Source: Lama guanicoe | Taxonomy: Eukaryota | Assembly (NCBI GenBank): GCA_013239625.1 | Contig: MU053376.1 | Span: forward strand, 644,833-708,832 | Direction of reading: 5' to 3' | Length of the DNA stretch: 64,000 nt | In this document: positions 1-11,870 of the stretch, piece by piece | How positions within the stretch are numbered: position 1 is the stretch's first letter | How the letters are laid out: each line of letters starts with the position of its first letter | Position numbers and translations under genes: made by a program | The notes under the pieces: generated by a model | Databases searched by the model: none | Seen by the model: the letters and a program-made list of their open reading frames with translations, nothing else | Told to the model about the DNA's origin: nothing

Positions 1-2335
1 ATGTATCAGCACCTCATTATTTTTATTGCTAAATAATATTCTGATGTATGAATATACCATGTTTTGTTCATTCAACAGGTGATGTATATTTAGGTTGCTT
101 CTACTTTTTAGCTATTTTGAATAATGCTACTCTAAACATTAATGTACAAGTTTTTGTGTGTGAACATATATTTCATCTTTGGTGTGAAATTGCTAGGTCA
201 CGTAGATAACTCTATGTTTAGCATTTAGAGCAACTGCAAAACTGTTTTCCAGAGTGACTGCACCATTTTACATTCCCACCAGCAACGTATGAGGGTTCCA
301 ATTTCTCCATATCCTCATCAATACTTGTTTTGTCTTTTAATTTAGCCATCCTAGTGAGTATGAAGTGGTAGCTCTTTATGCTTGACTTTACATTTCCCTA
401 ATAATGATGGTAATGTCTTTTCATGTGTTTATTTACCACTTGCATATCTTCTCTGGAGGAATGTTTGTTCAAATCCTTTGCCAATTTTAAAATTGCATTA
501 TTTGTAAGAGTTCTCTATATATCCTGGATGTATGTGATTTGCAAACATCCTTAATTCTTTGGATTATCTTTTTACTTTCTTGCTAGTGCCCTTTGCTGCA
601 CAAAGGTTTTCAAATTTGATAAAGTCTAATTTATCTATTTTTCCTTTTGTCACTTGTTTTTAGTGTTGTATCTAAGAAACCATTACATAATCAAAGATCA
701 CAAAAAGTTACTCCTATGCTTTCTTCTAGGAGATTTAGTTTTAGCTCTTCCATTTCAGATTCTTTTATAACCACTTTTTATTGAAATAGTTTGTTTACAA
801 TGTTTTGTTAGTTTCAGGTGTATAGCAAAGTGATTCAGTTTTACATATATATATTATTTTTCAGATTTTTTTCCATTAAAGTTTATTACAAGACACTGAG
901 TATAGTTCCTTGTGCCATACAGTAGGTCCTTATTGTTTATCTATTTTATATATAGTTGTGTGTACATGTTAATCCTAAACTCTTATGATCCATTTTGAGC
1001 TAATTTTCACATATGGTGTGAGGTAAGGGTCTAACTTCACTCTTTTGCATATGGATATCTAGTTTTCTCTGACTATTTGCTAAAAAAAATAACTGTTCTT
1101 TCCCTCACTGAATTGTCTTGGTACCCTTGTTGAAAATCAGCTGACACTAAATGTGAAAGTTTGTTTCTGGACTCTTGATTCTATGCCATTGATCTATATG
1201 TTAGTCCTTATGCCAGTAGTACATTGTCTTAATTAATGTACCTTTGTAGTTCATTTTAAATTGGGAAGTATAAAGTCTTCCAATTTGCTCTTCTTTTTCA
1301 ATATTGTTTTGACTATTTTGGATCTCTTGTACTTCCATGTGAATTTTAGAATCAGCTTATCAATTTTTATAAAAAGAATCTGGGACTTATGATAGTTATC
1401 GCATTGAATCTGTAGATCAGTTTGGGGACTATTGCCATCATGACAATGTTAATTCTTCCAATCTATAAACGTGGGATTCCTTTCCACTTATTTAGATCTT
1501 CAATTTATTTTTAAAATGTCGTGTAGCTTTTGGTGTACAAGTCTTGTACTTCTTTTGTTAAATTTATTCCTAGGCATTTTCTTATTTTTACTGTGATTAT
1601 AAATGGGATTGTTCCCTTAACGTCTTAATTTTTAGATTGTTCATTGTTGGTATATGGAAATGTAGCCTTTTTAATATATTGAACTTGCATCTTGACACAT
1701 TGATGAATTCATTTATTAATTCTACTAGTTTTTAGTAAATTTCTTAGACTTTTCTATATATAAGGTGATGTCATCTGTTAGTAGTTTTATTTCTTCCTTT
1801 CTAAGTGGATGACTTCATTCTTTTTCTTGACTATTTGACCTCATTAGACCCTCCAGTATGATGTTGAATAGAAATGATGAGAGCAGATTTCCTTGTTTTG
1901 TTCCTGATCTTAGAAGGAAAGCATCCAGTCATTCACCACTAAATATGATCTAGCTGTGGCTTTTTCATAGATGACCATTATCAGATTGAGGAGCTTTCCT
2001 TCTATTCCTAGGTTGCTAAGTTTGTTTGTTTTTTTAAATCATAAAAGAGCTTTGAATTTGTCAAATGGTCTATTGATATGATCATGTGATTTTTATCCTT
2101 TATTAATATGATGCATTACATTGATTGATTTTATTAGGTTAAATCAATCTTGCATTCCTGGGACAAATTTCATTTGGTCACAGTGTATAATTCTCTTTTA
2201 TGTTTCTGAATTTGGTTTGCTAGTATTTGTTGAGTATTTTTGCATTTATATTCACAACAGATATTGGTCTGTAGTTTTCTTGTGACATTTTTGGTTTCAG
2301 TATCAGAGTATTACTTGTAGAATAAGTTGGGAAGT
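1..2335 (-). mobile_element. Old L1 (L1M-type) fragment, ORF2 RT/C-terminal region; runs off the window start
   Basis: Antisense L1 ORF2 signatures, e.g. tttacattcccaccagcaacgtatgagggttccaatttctcc and gcattgaatctgtagatcagtttgggg; T-rich; no open frame. Confidence 0.9.
773..982 (-). mobile_element. 5'-truncated younger L1 3'UTR nested in the old L1
   Basis: T-tract followed by tttacaatg..ttagtttcaggtgtatagcaaagtgattcag; same 3' terminus family as copies at 11682, 17413, 23687 and 47275. Confidence 0.85.
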
Positions 2336-2399
2336 AGATTTTATATATTCTTAAACTTGTTTAATACTTTAATTGGATTGAAAAAAATTTCTTTTGGAA

Positions 2400-2613
2400 C
2401 AGAGGCTATCAAACTTCTGTAAAGGAGCAGAGAGTAAATATTTTAGATTTTAGGAGCCACACATGGTCTCTGTCACATACTCTTCTTTGTTTTTGTTTTA
2501 TGTTTTTCTTTTTATAGCTCTTTAAAATTTTAAATATCATTCCTAGCTCAGGAGCCATACAGAAACAGTCTGTGACCTGGATTTGGCCCACGGGTCATAG
2601 TTGGCAAATCCCT
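2400..2613. mobile_element. MER58-like hAT-Charlie MITE
   Basis: Degenerate termini cagaggctatcaaac...gttggcaaatccctg; internal gtaaatattttag and gatttggcccacggg. Confidence 0.8.
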
Positions 2614-2619
2614 GCTTTA

Positions 2620-4100
2620 ACATTTCAAAGGCATTGCTCCATTCACTTTTGGTTTCTTTCCTCATCCTTTCTATGTAATCTTTGTTGTTTTGCTTTGTTT
2701 TTTTCTCTGAAAGCATATATGTTCTATTTGTCACTGGTGCCTGGAAATTTCTCAAAAACATACTCTGGTGTAGGTCTTTTTTATTCTTTATACTAGGAAA
2801 CCTGTCAATATGAAAACTGCCAACATGGAAATGCATATATTTCCCTTTGGTTCTGGGAAGGCTTTTTTTTTTTTTTTAGCATTATTTATTTGCCAATTTC
2901 TCCCGCATTTTGCTGTTCTCTTCTTCCTGAACTCCTATTATTCATTAATTGATCTGGCTTTCTTAGCTGTTCTCTACTATTACCTGCCCCCCCATCATTT
3001 GTCTTTTTATTCTGACTCCTGGGAGATTTCCTCAACTTAATTTTTCAACCTTTCAAAGTTTTTAATATTATTAATTTTGATATTTCATATATACACATAC
3101 ATATAGAATCCTGTTTTTGTTTCATGGATGGGATATATTCTCCTATATCTGTAAAAATAGTTAACATTTTTTAAAGTTTCCTTTTATTTTTCATTGTATG
3201 TTTCTGCATTCTTCTTCTTCTCTCTGTTGTTCTTCCTTTGGGGAAGACATGTCTAGTTGTTTTCCTCCTGTTTGTTGGTTGTCGATTGCCCGTCCGAATG
3301 TAAGAGTGAGGGGCTTAAAACCTGATGAGAAATTCAGCTGTGCTTGTCAATTAGTATGCTTAACTGGTGACTGCGCAGGATCCTGTCCTTTTGAGGGGAG
3401 GAGGAAAAAAATACAAATTTCTTTATTTTTGAAAATCTTTTCTACCATGAAAAATTATCTCATCTCCTCCCTAGGGGTAGGAGGAGGTGTAGGATTGGCT
3501 GTCAGTGTCCTGGGAACCAAGGAGAGGAAAAGGAGGACCTGAGGTAGCAGAGGACTGGTATTTCAGGATATGGACTTTCATTCCCCTTTGCTCACCCTTG
3601 GCTCATCTGTGTTGATATTCCCGGGTACAAAGCCCCTCTAGTCCAGTCTCTTAAGAGAATTAACCTCTACTCTTTTGCTGGGGCATGACTGGGATGAGTG
3701 CATAGTTCCAGGGGTAAGCAGTTGGATCTGGGGAATCTAAATGCTTCTCGTAAAGATTTTCAACCAATCCCCCTATTTCCGCCCCACCCTACAACTCCCA
3801 CTGAAGTGATTCCAGGTGCCTCCAATTCCAAAACCTTTACAAAGCTCTGGGGTGTTAAGTGGCTCCTTCTCACCGGCTAAGCTTTAATTTTCCTGGTCTG
3901 CTAAGTCAGTTATCACTTATACACCATAATTTTACTTTCTAATTTTTTAAAAAAACATTTCTGTTCTATCTTTGACTCTTATCTTCTTTGAACTTGAGAG
4001 TTTAAGACTTTACATTATTTCACTCTAACTTTAGCAAGATACTGGAAAGAAACTCAGATAAGTATGTATGATCAATATGTCATGTTTTAAAGGAAATTAT
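2620..4100 (-). mobile_element. Very old L1 (L1ME-like) ORF1/5' region remnant
   Basis: Degenerate antisense ORF1-like text (gtaggtctttttta, ggttctgggaag, ctcctgggagatttcctcaac); approximate ends. Confidence 0.55.
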
Positions 4101-4249
4101 TACATCCTTTTAAAAGAAGGTGATTCTATATCCATTGGTAATATTCTCACTGAGGTGCAGTCAGTCACATCCTGTGGATACTTGGGACCCCCACGGCTGG
4201 TTCTTACAGGTTCTGGACCTTCCACAGAAGAATTCTCAAGTCAATGAAA

Positions 4250-4690
4250 CTAGAAAAAGTGAAGCGAAATAAACCCAAAGCAATGAGGAAGAAGGAAACA
4301 ATACAGATAACAGTAGAAATCAGTGAAATTGAAAACAGTAAAACAATAGAGAAAATCAATGAGCTGGTTCTTTGAAAAGATCAGTGAAATTGACAAACCT
4401 CTAGCAAGATAAACCTCCAGCAAGAAAAAGAGAGAAGACACAAATTACCAATATTAGGCATGAAGCAGGGAATAATACTGAAAATTCTGCAGACATCAAA
4501 AGGATAAGAAGGGAATGCTACATACAACTCTATACAATTACATTTTACGACTTAGACGAAATGGACCACTTCCTGGAAAAAACAACCTACCATAATCTAC
4601 CCAATATGAAATAGATAACTTGAATAGCTCTATACTTAAAAAGGAAATTGAATTCATAATTAAAACATTCCCCCCAAAGAAATCTCCAGG
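4250..4690 (+). mobile_element. L1 ORF2 fragment (after the endonuclease domain, ending at KKSPG), inverted relative to the adjacent L1
   Basis: Sense ORF2 text gagctggttctttgaaaagatcagtgaaattgacaaacctctagcaag (SWFFEKISEIDKPLA); ends aaagaaatctccaggc. Confidence 0.9.
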
Positions 4691-5729
4691 CTTATCTTCT
4701 TACTGATTTTTTTGGTCTATTTGTTCTATCAATTGTTGAGACAGGGATATTGATGTCTTCAACTATAGTTGTGGCTTGTCTGTTTCTCCTCAGTTCTATC
4801 AGGTTTTGCTTTACATGTTTTGCAGCTCTATTGTTTCATGTATACATGCTTAAAATTGCTATGCCTTCTTGAAGGCTGATCTTTTATCATCATCTAATGT
4901 CCCTCTTTGTCTTTGACAATTTTATCTGATATTAATATTGCCACATTCGCTTTCTTTTAATATTTGCATGATATACCTTTCTCCATCTTATTACCTTCAA
5001 CCTGACTGTATTGTTATATTTGAAATGAGTTTCTTGTAGACAGCATATAACAGGTCATGTTTTTAAATATATTCTGCCAACCTCTGTCTTTTAATTGGTG
5101 TATTTAGACCATTTATATTAAATGTAACTATCAATGTGTTAGGGCTAAAGTCTACTATCTTGTTTGTTTTGTTTGGTTCCTCCATTATTCATTTCTCTGT
5201 TTTCTTTTTCCTACCATCCTATGGACTACTCAAACACTTTTTAGAATGCTGTTTTGATTTATCAATAGTGTTCTTAAGGATATCCTTAAGTAAAGTATTG
5301 TAAAGTACTTTCAGTGGTTGCTATAGGCATTGAATTACATGTAGTAACTTATCACAGTCTACTGATGTCATCAATTTGTCTGAGTGTAGTAGAAAACACC
5401 TAATATCCTTTATGTTCCTTTATCCTCCTTTTTTGCAACATAGTTTTCTTACATTTTTTTCTCTGCAAACATTTAGAACCACATCAGACCATGTAACAAT
5501 TTTTCCTTCAACTGTCAACTATTTAGAAAATTCAAGAAGGAAAGCTTATTACATTTACCTGCAGTTTTACTCTTTCTATTGTTCTTTTTCCTTTCTGATG
5601 TTCTGACTTTCCTTCTTTTATTATTTCCTTTCTGTTTCAAAACATTCCTTTAGCTATTTTTCAGGGTAGATTTACTAGTGACAAATTCTCTTAGTTTTCC
5701 TTTGAGAATGTATTAACTTCTTTTCATTT
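4691..5729 (-). mobile_element. Old L1 (L1MC/MD-like): ORF2 endonuclease region, spacer and ORF1 end; continues at 8748
   Basis: Antisense endonuclease text (tctatcaattgttgagacaggg, gagtttcttgtagacagcatataacagg); sequence resumes after the TSD at 8748-8761. Confidence 0.85.
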
Positions 5730-6029
5730 ATTTTTATTTTTTTTATTGAGTAATAGTCATTTTACAACATTGTGTCAAATTCTAGTGTAGAGCACAGTTT
5801 TTCAGTTATACATGAACATATATATATCCATTGTCACTTTTTTTTTCGCTGTGAGCTACCACAAGATCTTGTATTTATTTCCCTGTGCTATACTGTATAA
5901 TCTTGTTTATTTATTCTGCATTTTAAAATCCCAGTCTGTCCCTTCCCACCCCCTGCCCCCTTGGCAACCATAAGATTGTATTCTATGTCTATGAGTCTGT
6001 TTCTGTTTTGTATTTATGTTTTGTTTGTT

Positions 6030-6403
6030 TTTTCTTAGATTCCTCATATGAGCGATCTCATATGGCATTTTTCTTTCTCTTTCTGGCTTACTTCACTTAG
6101 AATGACATTCTTCAGGAACATCCATGTTGCTGCAAATGGTGCCTTGTTGTCAGTTTTTGTGGCTGAATAGTATTCCATTGTATAAATATATCACATTTTC
6201 TTTATTCAGTCGTCTGTTGATGGACATTTAGGCGGTTTCCATGTCTTGGCCATTGTAAATAGTGCTGCTGTGAACACTGGGGTGGAGGTGTCATTTTGAA
6301 GTAGGCTTCCTTCTGGATATATGCCCAGGAGCGGGATTCCTGGGTCATAAGGTAAGTCTATTCCTAGTCTTTTGAGGAATCTCCATACTGTTTTCCACAG
6401 TGG
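6030..6403 (-). pseudogene. L1 ORF2 C-terminal remnant
   Basis: Translation [30 protein letters not shown]...TWKPPKCPSTDD, then stops. Confidence 0.9.
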
Positions 6404-6542
6404 CTTTCCTTGCTTCCCTCTCCCAACCACTCTTAATAGATGTCTTTTACAATTTTGTCTTTATTGTATTTGTAATTCATGGTAGTTATCACCTTTCCAG
6501 TTATGAGTTTCTCATTTTTGTAGCATCCTGCTTCTTTTCTAT

Positions 6543-7442
6543 TTAGAGTAGACCTGTCAATATTTCTTTTACCATGGGTTTAGTGTTGCTAAACTCTTTA
6601 AATTTTTGCTTGTCTGTGAAGTTCTTTAGCTTTCCTTCTATTCTAAAGGATAGCCTTGCTGGATAGAATATCCTAGGCTGCATCTTTTTTTCATTCAGGA
6701 CTTTGAATATATCTTGCCACTCCCTTCTGGCCTGTAGTGTTTGTGTAGAGAAATCAGCTGAGAGCCTTATGGGGGTTCCCTTGTAACTCACTCTTGGTTT
6801 TTCTCTTGCTGTCTTTAGGATCATTTCTTTATTCTTGATTCTGGCCATCTTGATTATGATATGTCTTGGTGTGGGTCTGTTTGGGTTCTTCCTGTTTGAG
6901 ACCCTCTGAGCCTCCTGTACTTGGATATCTGATTCCTTTAGGTCTGGGAAGTTTCCAGTGATGATTTCTCCCAATACCTTTTCAATCCCCTTTGTTCTTT
7001 CTTCCCCTCCTGGAACCCCTATTATGCATAGATTGGCACGCTTTATATTATCCCATAGGTCCCTTATATTGTTTTCATTGTTTTTAATATGTTTTTCTCA
7101 CAGCTGTTCTGACTGGGTGCTTTCTGTTGTCCTGTCTTCTAGGTCTCTTATTTGTTCCTCTGCATTAGCTAGCCTGCTTTGTACAGCCTTTAGGTCAGCT
7201 CTCATCTCAGCAAATGAGTTCCCTAATTCTACTTGGTTCTTCTTTACAGCTTCTATTTCATTCTTGACATATTTTATACCTCTAAACACTATTTCTTTTA
7301 ATTCCTTCAGTACTTTGAGCACTCCCTTTTTGAAATCTTGATCTAGTGGGCCATCAATGTCTATTTCCTTGATTGTGCTTTCAGGGGATTTCACTTGATC
7401 TTTTAATTGGGAGTGGTTCCTCTGCTTCTTCATATTGCTCAT
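6543..7442 (-). pseudogene. L1 ORF1p (299 codons) with one in-frame premature stop
   Basis: ORFs 7098-7442 and 6543-6974 are in the same frame, split by TGA at 7100-7098; motifs RDLWDNIKRANL, TPRHIII, IRLSADFS, ARREW, YPARLSF. Confidence 0.95.
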
Positions 7443-8747
7443 ATCTCTCTGGCACTGTGGCTTAAGGAGTATAAGTTATCTAGTTCTCCTGGAGATCGTG
7501 TGCTCTTAATGATTTTATTGAGAGGTCTTTGTGTCTTTGCCCTGTTTCGCCTACTCAGCTTGCTGTTTCCAGAAGCCCTCTGTTGGCGCCTTCATCTGTG
7601 CTGCTCCCAGTGGCTGTCGGCTAGCAGATTGCACCCGCTCCTAACACTGGGTCAGGAGCTGAGCTCTTACCCAGTGGGCAGGCGGGTCACTCCTCCTCCT
7701 GATGCCACAGTCAGATGCTGCGCTCTGGGGAGAGGCAGGTGGGCAGATTGCGTCCCCTCCCAGCACCGTGGTCAGGTGCTGCATTCCTGCCAAGAAGATG
7801 GGTGACCGCCCACCCTTTCCCGGTGCAGGTCACTCCGCTGCTCTGTGCAGCTGCCCGCTCCACCTAGGGTCAGCGCTCTGAAGGTGGGCTTGGAAGACCA
7901 CGGAATGGCCCGGCCCCTGCTCCGTGCCAAATCTCAGCTCCTTATTTGTCTTGGCGGTGCGAGTTCTCTGAGGTGCCATGGCAGAAAGATCCTATCTGCC
8001 TTGGGCTGTAAACAAGTCTTAGTCCTGCCTAGGAAGTTGCAGAGCCCTGGGTGCGGATTCAGGCCTCAGCCTCGCCCCCAACCAGGCACTGCGCACAGGA
8101 GGAGATGGCGGCTGTGGCTGCACCTGCTTCTCTTCTCGCAAGAAGTGCCGGTATTGTTGGCGCAGGTCTGAGGAGACAAAGGCTACGGCGCCCCTCCCCC
8201 CAGGGCACACCAGACACATTGCTTTGCTTTTTTTGCAATTTATGGGGGACTGAGGTTGTTCTGCTCCATATTCACTCCCAGCCACAGTGTGCAGCCCCTT
8301 GCAGTCCCCCGGGCTGCCTCAGTGCAGCCGCCCCAGTCCTCCGCCCAGCTCGGGTGGCCTGTCCCGGCCCCAGCTGCTGTCTCGCGTCTCGGGCTGGGTG
8401 TCATGGGGACCCTTTGTGCTCGTTTACTTCAGTTCTGTCGGTCAAGGGGTGCTCAGGGCAGATCTGAGCCTTGGAGGCTCCCCTTCCATCCCACTGGCCA
8501 CTCTGTTGGAGAAGGGAGACCCAGTGAACGAGCGCCAGTCCTCCTTTGCTGGTCCTGCACTGTTTTGTTTTTTCTTCTTTCTTTTTCCTTTTCTCCTACC
8601 AGATTTTTGGCGTCTTTGTCTTTCGAAGAGGGTGGTGTTCGGCAGGTGCTCTGGTTGGCTGCGTAGGTCTGTAGATGTGAGTTTTGGTGTATTTGTGGGA
8701 GAGGGTGAGCTACAAGCATCCTTCTACTCCGTCATCTTGCTCCCCTC
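7443..8747 (-). promoter_or_regulatory. L1 5'UTR internal promoter, GC/CpG-rich, with a YY1-like site
   Basis: Many retained CpGs relative to flanks; minus-strand CAAGATGACG at 8739-8730, one mismatch from CAAGATGGCG. Confidence 0.7.
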
Positions 8748-10540
8748 ACTTCTTTTCATTTCTGATGGATATTTTCAATGGGTATAGGATTCTGGATTGA
8801 CAGCTCTTTTCTTTTAGTACTTGAAAAATATTGTGCCACTTCCCTCTGGCCTCTATAGCTTCTGATGAGAAATCGTTTGTCATTCAATTTTTTTTTTCTC
8901 CTTTGATAGTGACATTTTTCTCTGAAATATATCAAGAGTTTGTGTTTAGTTTTCAGAAGTTTAATTATAACATATTTTGGTATTAATTTCTTTTGGCTTA
9001 TCTTGTTTTGGGTTCATGCTGATTCTTGAATATGTAAATTTATGTCTCTTGTCAAATTTGGGGAGTTTTTAGTCATTATTTCTTTGAGTACCTTTTCAGC
9101 CCCAACCTCTTTCTCTTAGCCTTCAGACACTTAGATGAAATGGATGTTAGATCTTATGTTATTGTCCCACAAATCCCTGGGACTCTGTTCTTTTCTTAAA
9201 TTCAGTCTATTTCCCTTCAGTTATTTAAGATTTGGTCATTTCTATTGTTATATCTTCAAGTTCACTGACATTTTTTAATGTCTCCTTCGTTCTTTTGTTG
9301 AGCCCATCCACCGAGCTTTTTTATTTTGAATATTGTATTGTTAAGTTATAAAATTTCCTTATGGTTCTCTTTTATATCTTCTCTTTCTTTGTTGAGACAT
9401 TTTTCCAGTTGTTTCAGGTGTGATCATAATTGCTTGTTGAAGCATTTTATCATGGCTACTTGAAAGTCTTTGTCAGGTGATTGTAACATCTTTGTTATCT
9501 TGAAGTTGACATCTCTGTCTCTTTTTCACTCAGTTTGAGATCTTCCTAGTTCTTGATATGAGAAATGATATACTGAAACCTAGATGTCTTTATATTATGT
9601 TATGAGATTCTAAACCTTAGTTAAACCTTCTCTTTTATCTGATTTTCTCTGACAAAGCTCCAATAGAGGAATACAGGGTGGATAACCACCTTATTATTGC
9701 CAGGTGAAGGTAGAATTCTAGTTTCGCATTCAGCCTCTGCGACAACCAAGGCAAGGAGATTCCTCATTGCTGCTCGTCTACAGTGAGAATTCCAGCTCTC
9801 CACGTGGTCTCCTCTTGCACAGTGAGGAGGCTTTGCTACCATTTATTGATGATGAAAGTCCTGACTCTCTGCTGGGTCTGACACCATTCCAGTGGAGAAG
9901 GGGAGAGGAGCCTCATTATTGCTATGAGGGGGTATGAGTCCAGGCTTCCCATGTGACCTCCACTGACACAGTCATGGGGGGTATATTGTTACCAGTGATC
10001 AGAGATGACAGCTCCAGCTCCTTGCTTGGCCTCCTCTGCTAGCATCCTGGCAGGTGTGTTGGGTACCTCATTACGGCCTAGTGAGGATAGAAACAACTTA
10101 AGATTCCCATTCAGCCTTTGCTGTCTGTCATGGGTGGAGGTAGGGCTATGTTTTCTTTCCTGAGGTGTTTGGCTGGAGTGGAGCAATACTTGTCTAAACA
10201 TTTGCTGTTTTGTAAGGCTGCCCCTTTCCTGGGCCTTTAACTCAACCAGTTTTTTTGTTGTTGTTGAAGATTTTTCTTTTTCGGCATGCCTGTTGGTTTT
10301 CTGAGTTGCTGCCTTCTTCAGCTCTAAGTCTGGGATGTACGATGCTAAAGGAAAACCCATGGACCTCACAACCATGTAATTCCTCAGGTCCTGAAGTATC
10401 TAGCCAGCCTGCTTTCAGCTGTCCACCTTTTAGAGTCTCCTTAGGTTTCTGTTATAGACAATGTCCAGGGTTTGGGGGTATACTTAGCAAGAGGAACAGG
10501 GGAAAGTACATCTATTCCATTGTCCCAGAAGCAGGAGTCC
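8748..10540 (-). mobile_element. Old L1 (L1MC/MD-like) ORF1 and 5' region, continuing 4691-5729
   Basis: Antisense ORF1 text ggatattttcaatgggtataggattctgg...cttctgatgagaaatc; 5' end resembles L1MD 5end as recalled. Confidence 0.75.
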
Positions 10541-11681
10541 CCCATACATTATTTTTTCCATTTTATAAATGAGGAAACAGACTCATATATGTTTGTCCCA
10601 GATCACAAGATTCTGAGCAGGATACAGACTAATGACCATTGAGCTGCTCCTCCTGCCAGAAACCAAGGGACTCAGAACTTGTAAGAGCCAGCAGTGGGGG
10701 CCCCAACCATCCACAGGCTGTTGTGGCTCAAATCACAGCAATTATCTGTGCAGCTAGAATGCAGTCTCACATTTGTGTGAGTCTACAGCCAGTCCTCTTT
10801 CCTCCTGTGACACAGGCCCGTGGGGCTTGGGTCCAAATATAAGAAAAGTGGTCAGATGAGATAAAGGTTAGACTTATTTCTCATGGATTCAAAGGGCAAA
10901 GCTGTCCGATCAGAGAACAGAAACCATCTATCAGAGATGCTATCAAACAGGGTCTCTAAAGGCATGGTTCAATGGACCACCTGCATAAGGATGTTAAACA
11001 TGTCATTAAAAATGCAGATCCAGAGGTGATTGTGTATGTGTGTGCTGCTAAAGATTGTCATCCACCGCTACAATGGAAAAAAAGGAGAAATATCCATGAC
11101 CCTGTGGAGCTCTCCAGACTGATTCTCCGGGGGGAATGGCCCCAGTCACCCCACGTGGGTGACTGCCCATGCTGCTCTTTCAATTTCTGGTAAAACTAGC
11201 CCAGCGAGCAAGGCCAACCCAGTCCCTGCTTGCAGGAAGATGCCATGAGCCTCACTGCCATGGACACCCTCTAAGGGAAGGGAGATTTGGAGGGGTGGGG
11301 GGTGGTTAGAGAGGGACCTAGTCAGAAGTGGCAGATGGTAGAAGACTAATGGGATTAATACTAGACATTCATTAGCTAAGGATTCTGGAAACTTGCCAGC
11401 CCTCTCCAGCAAATGGCCCAAACAGCCCCCTTAATAGCATTAAGTGAAATTACAAATCAGAGATGCCGACTAATTTATCTCCCTGGGGTTTCTTTGAGAC
11501 ACTGTGCAGTGGGGGTGGGGATGATCCCTCCGTGGGGCGGCCATGATCCCTCCATGGGGCGTCCACTGCTTCTCTGCCGGTGGCTGAAGCAGTTGGGCCC
11601 CTTGGCCAGCTTCCTGCCACCCTGATCTGGAGGGGAGGAGCCAAACAAACAGCCCTGAATCATGGTCAAAGCTTATTCCTA

Positions 11682-11870
11682 CTTTGTACAAAATAGTTAA
11701 ACAACAAGTTTCTACTGTACAGCACAGGGAACTGTATTCAATATCTTATAGTAACCTATAATGAAAAAGAATATGAAAAGGAATATATGTATGCATATGT
11801 GTGACTGAAATTTTATGCTGTACAACAGAAATTGACATAAAATTGTAAAACATCAATAAAATTTTTTTAA
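11682..11870 (+). mobile_element. 5'-truncated L1 3'UTR
   Basis: tactgtacagcacagggaactgtattcaatatctt; TSD aaagcttatt(c/t)cta at 11668-11681 and 11871-11884. Confidence 0.9.

Larger units (their letters stand above)
5730..8747 (-). mobile_element. Young L1 with complete 5'UTR, ORF1, 3'UTR and A-tail, lacking nearly all of ORF2 (3018 bp; HAL1-like or spliced L1)
   Basis: Perfect 14 bp TSD acttcttttcattt at 5716-5729 and 8748-8761; A-rich tail at 5730; minus-strand start GAGGGGAGCAAGATGACGG; spacer joined to the ORF2 C-terminal region at 6404/6403. Confidence 0.93.

Noticed and set aside
7407..8787. Cluster of 90-170 aa ORFs on both strands
   Set aside because: They lie in the GC-rich L1 5'UTR, where stop codons are scarce, and show no recognisable domain.
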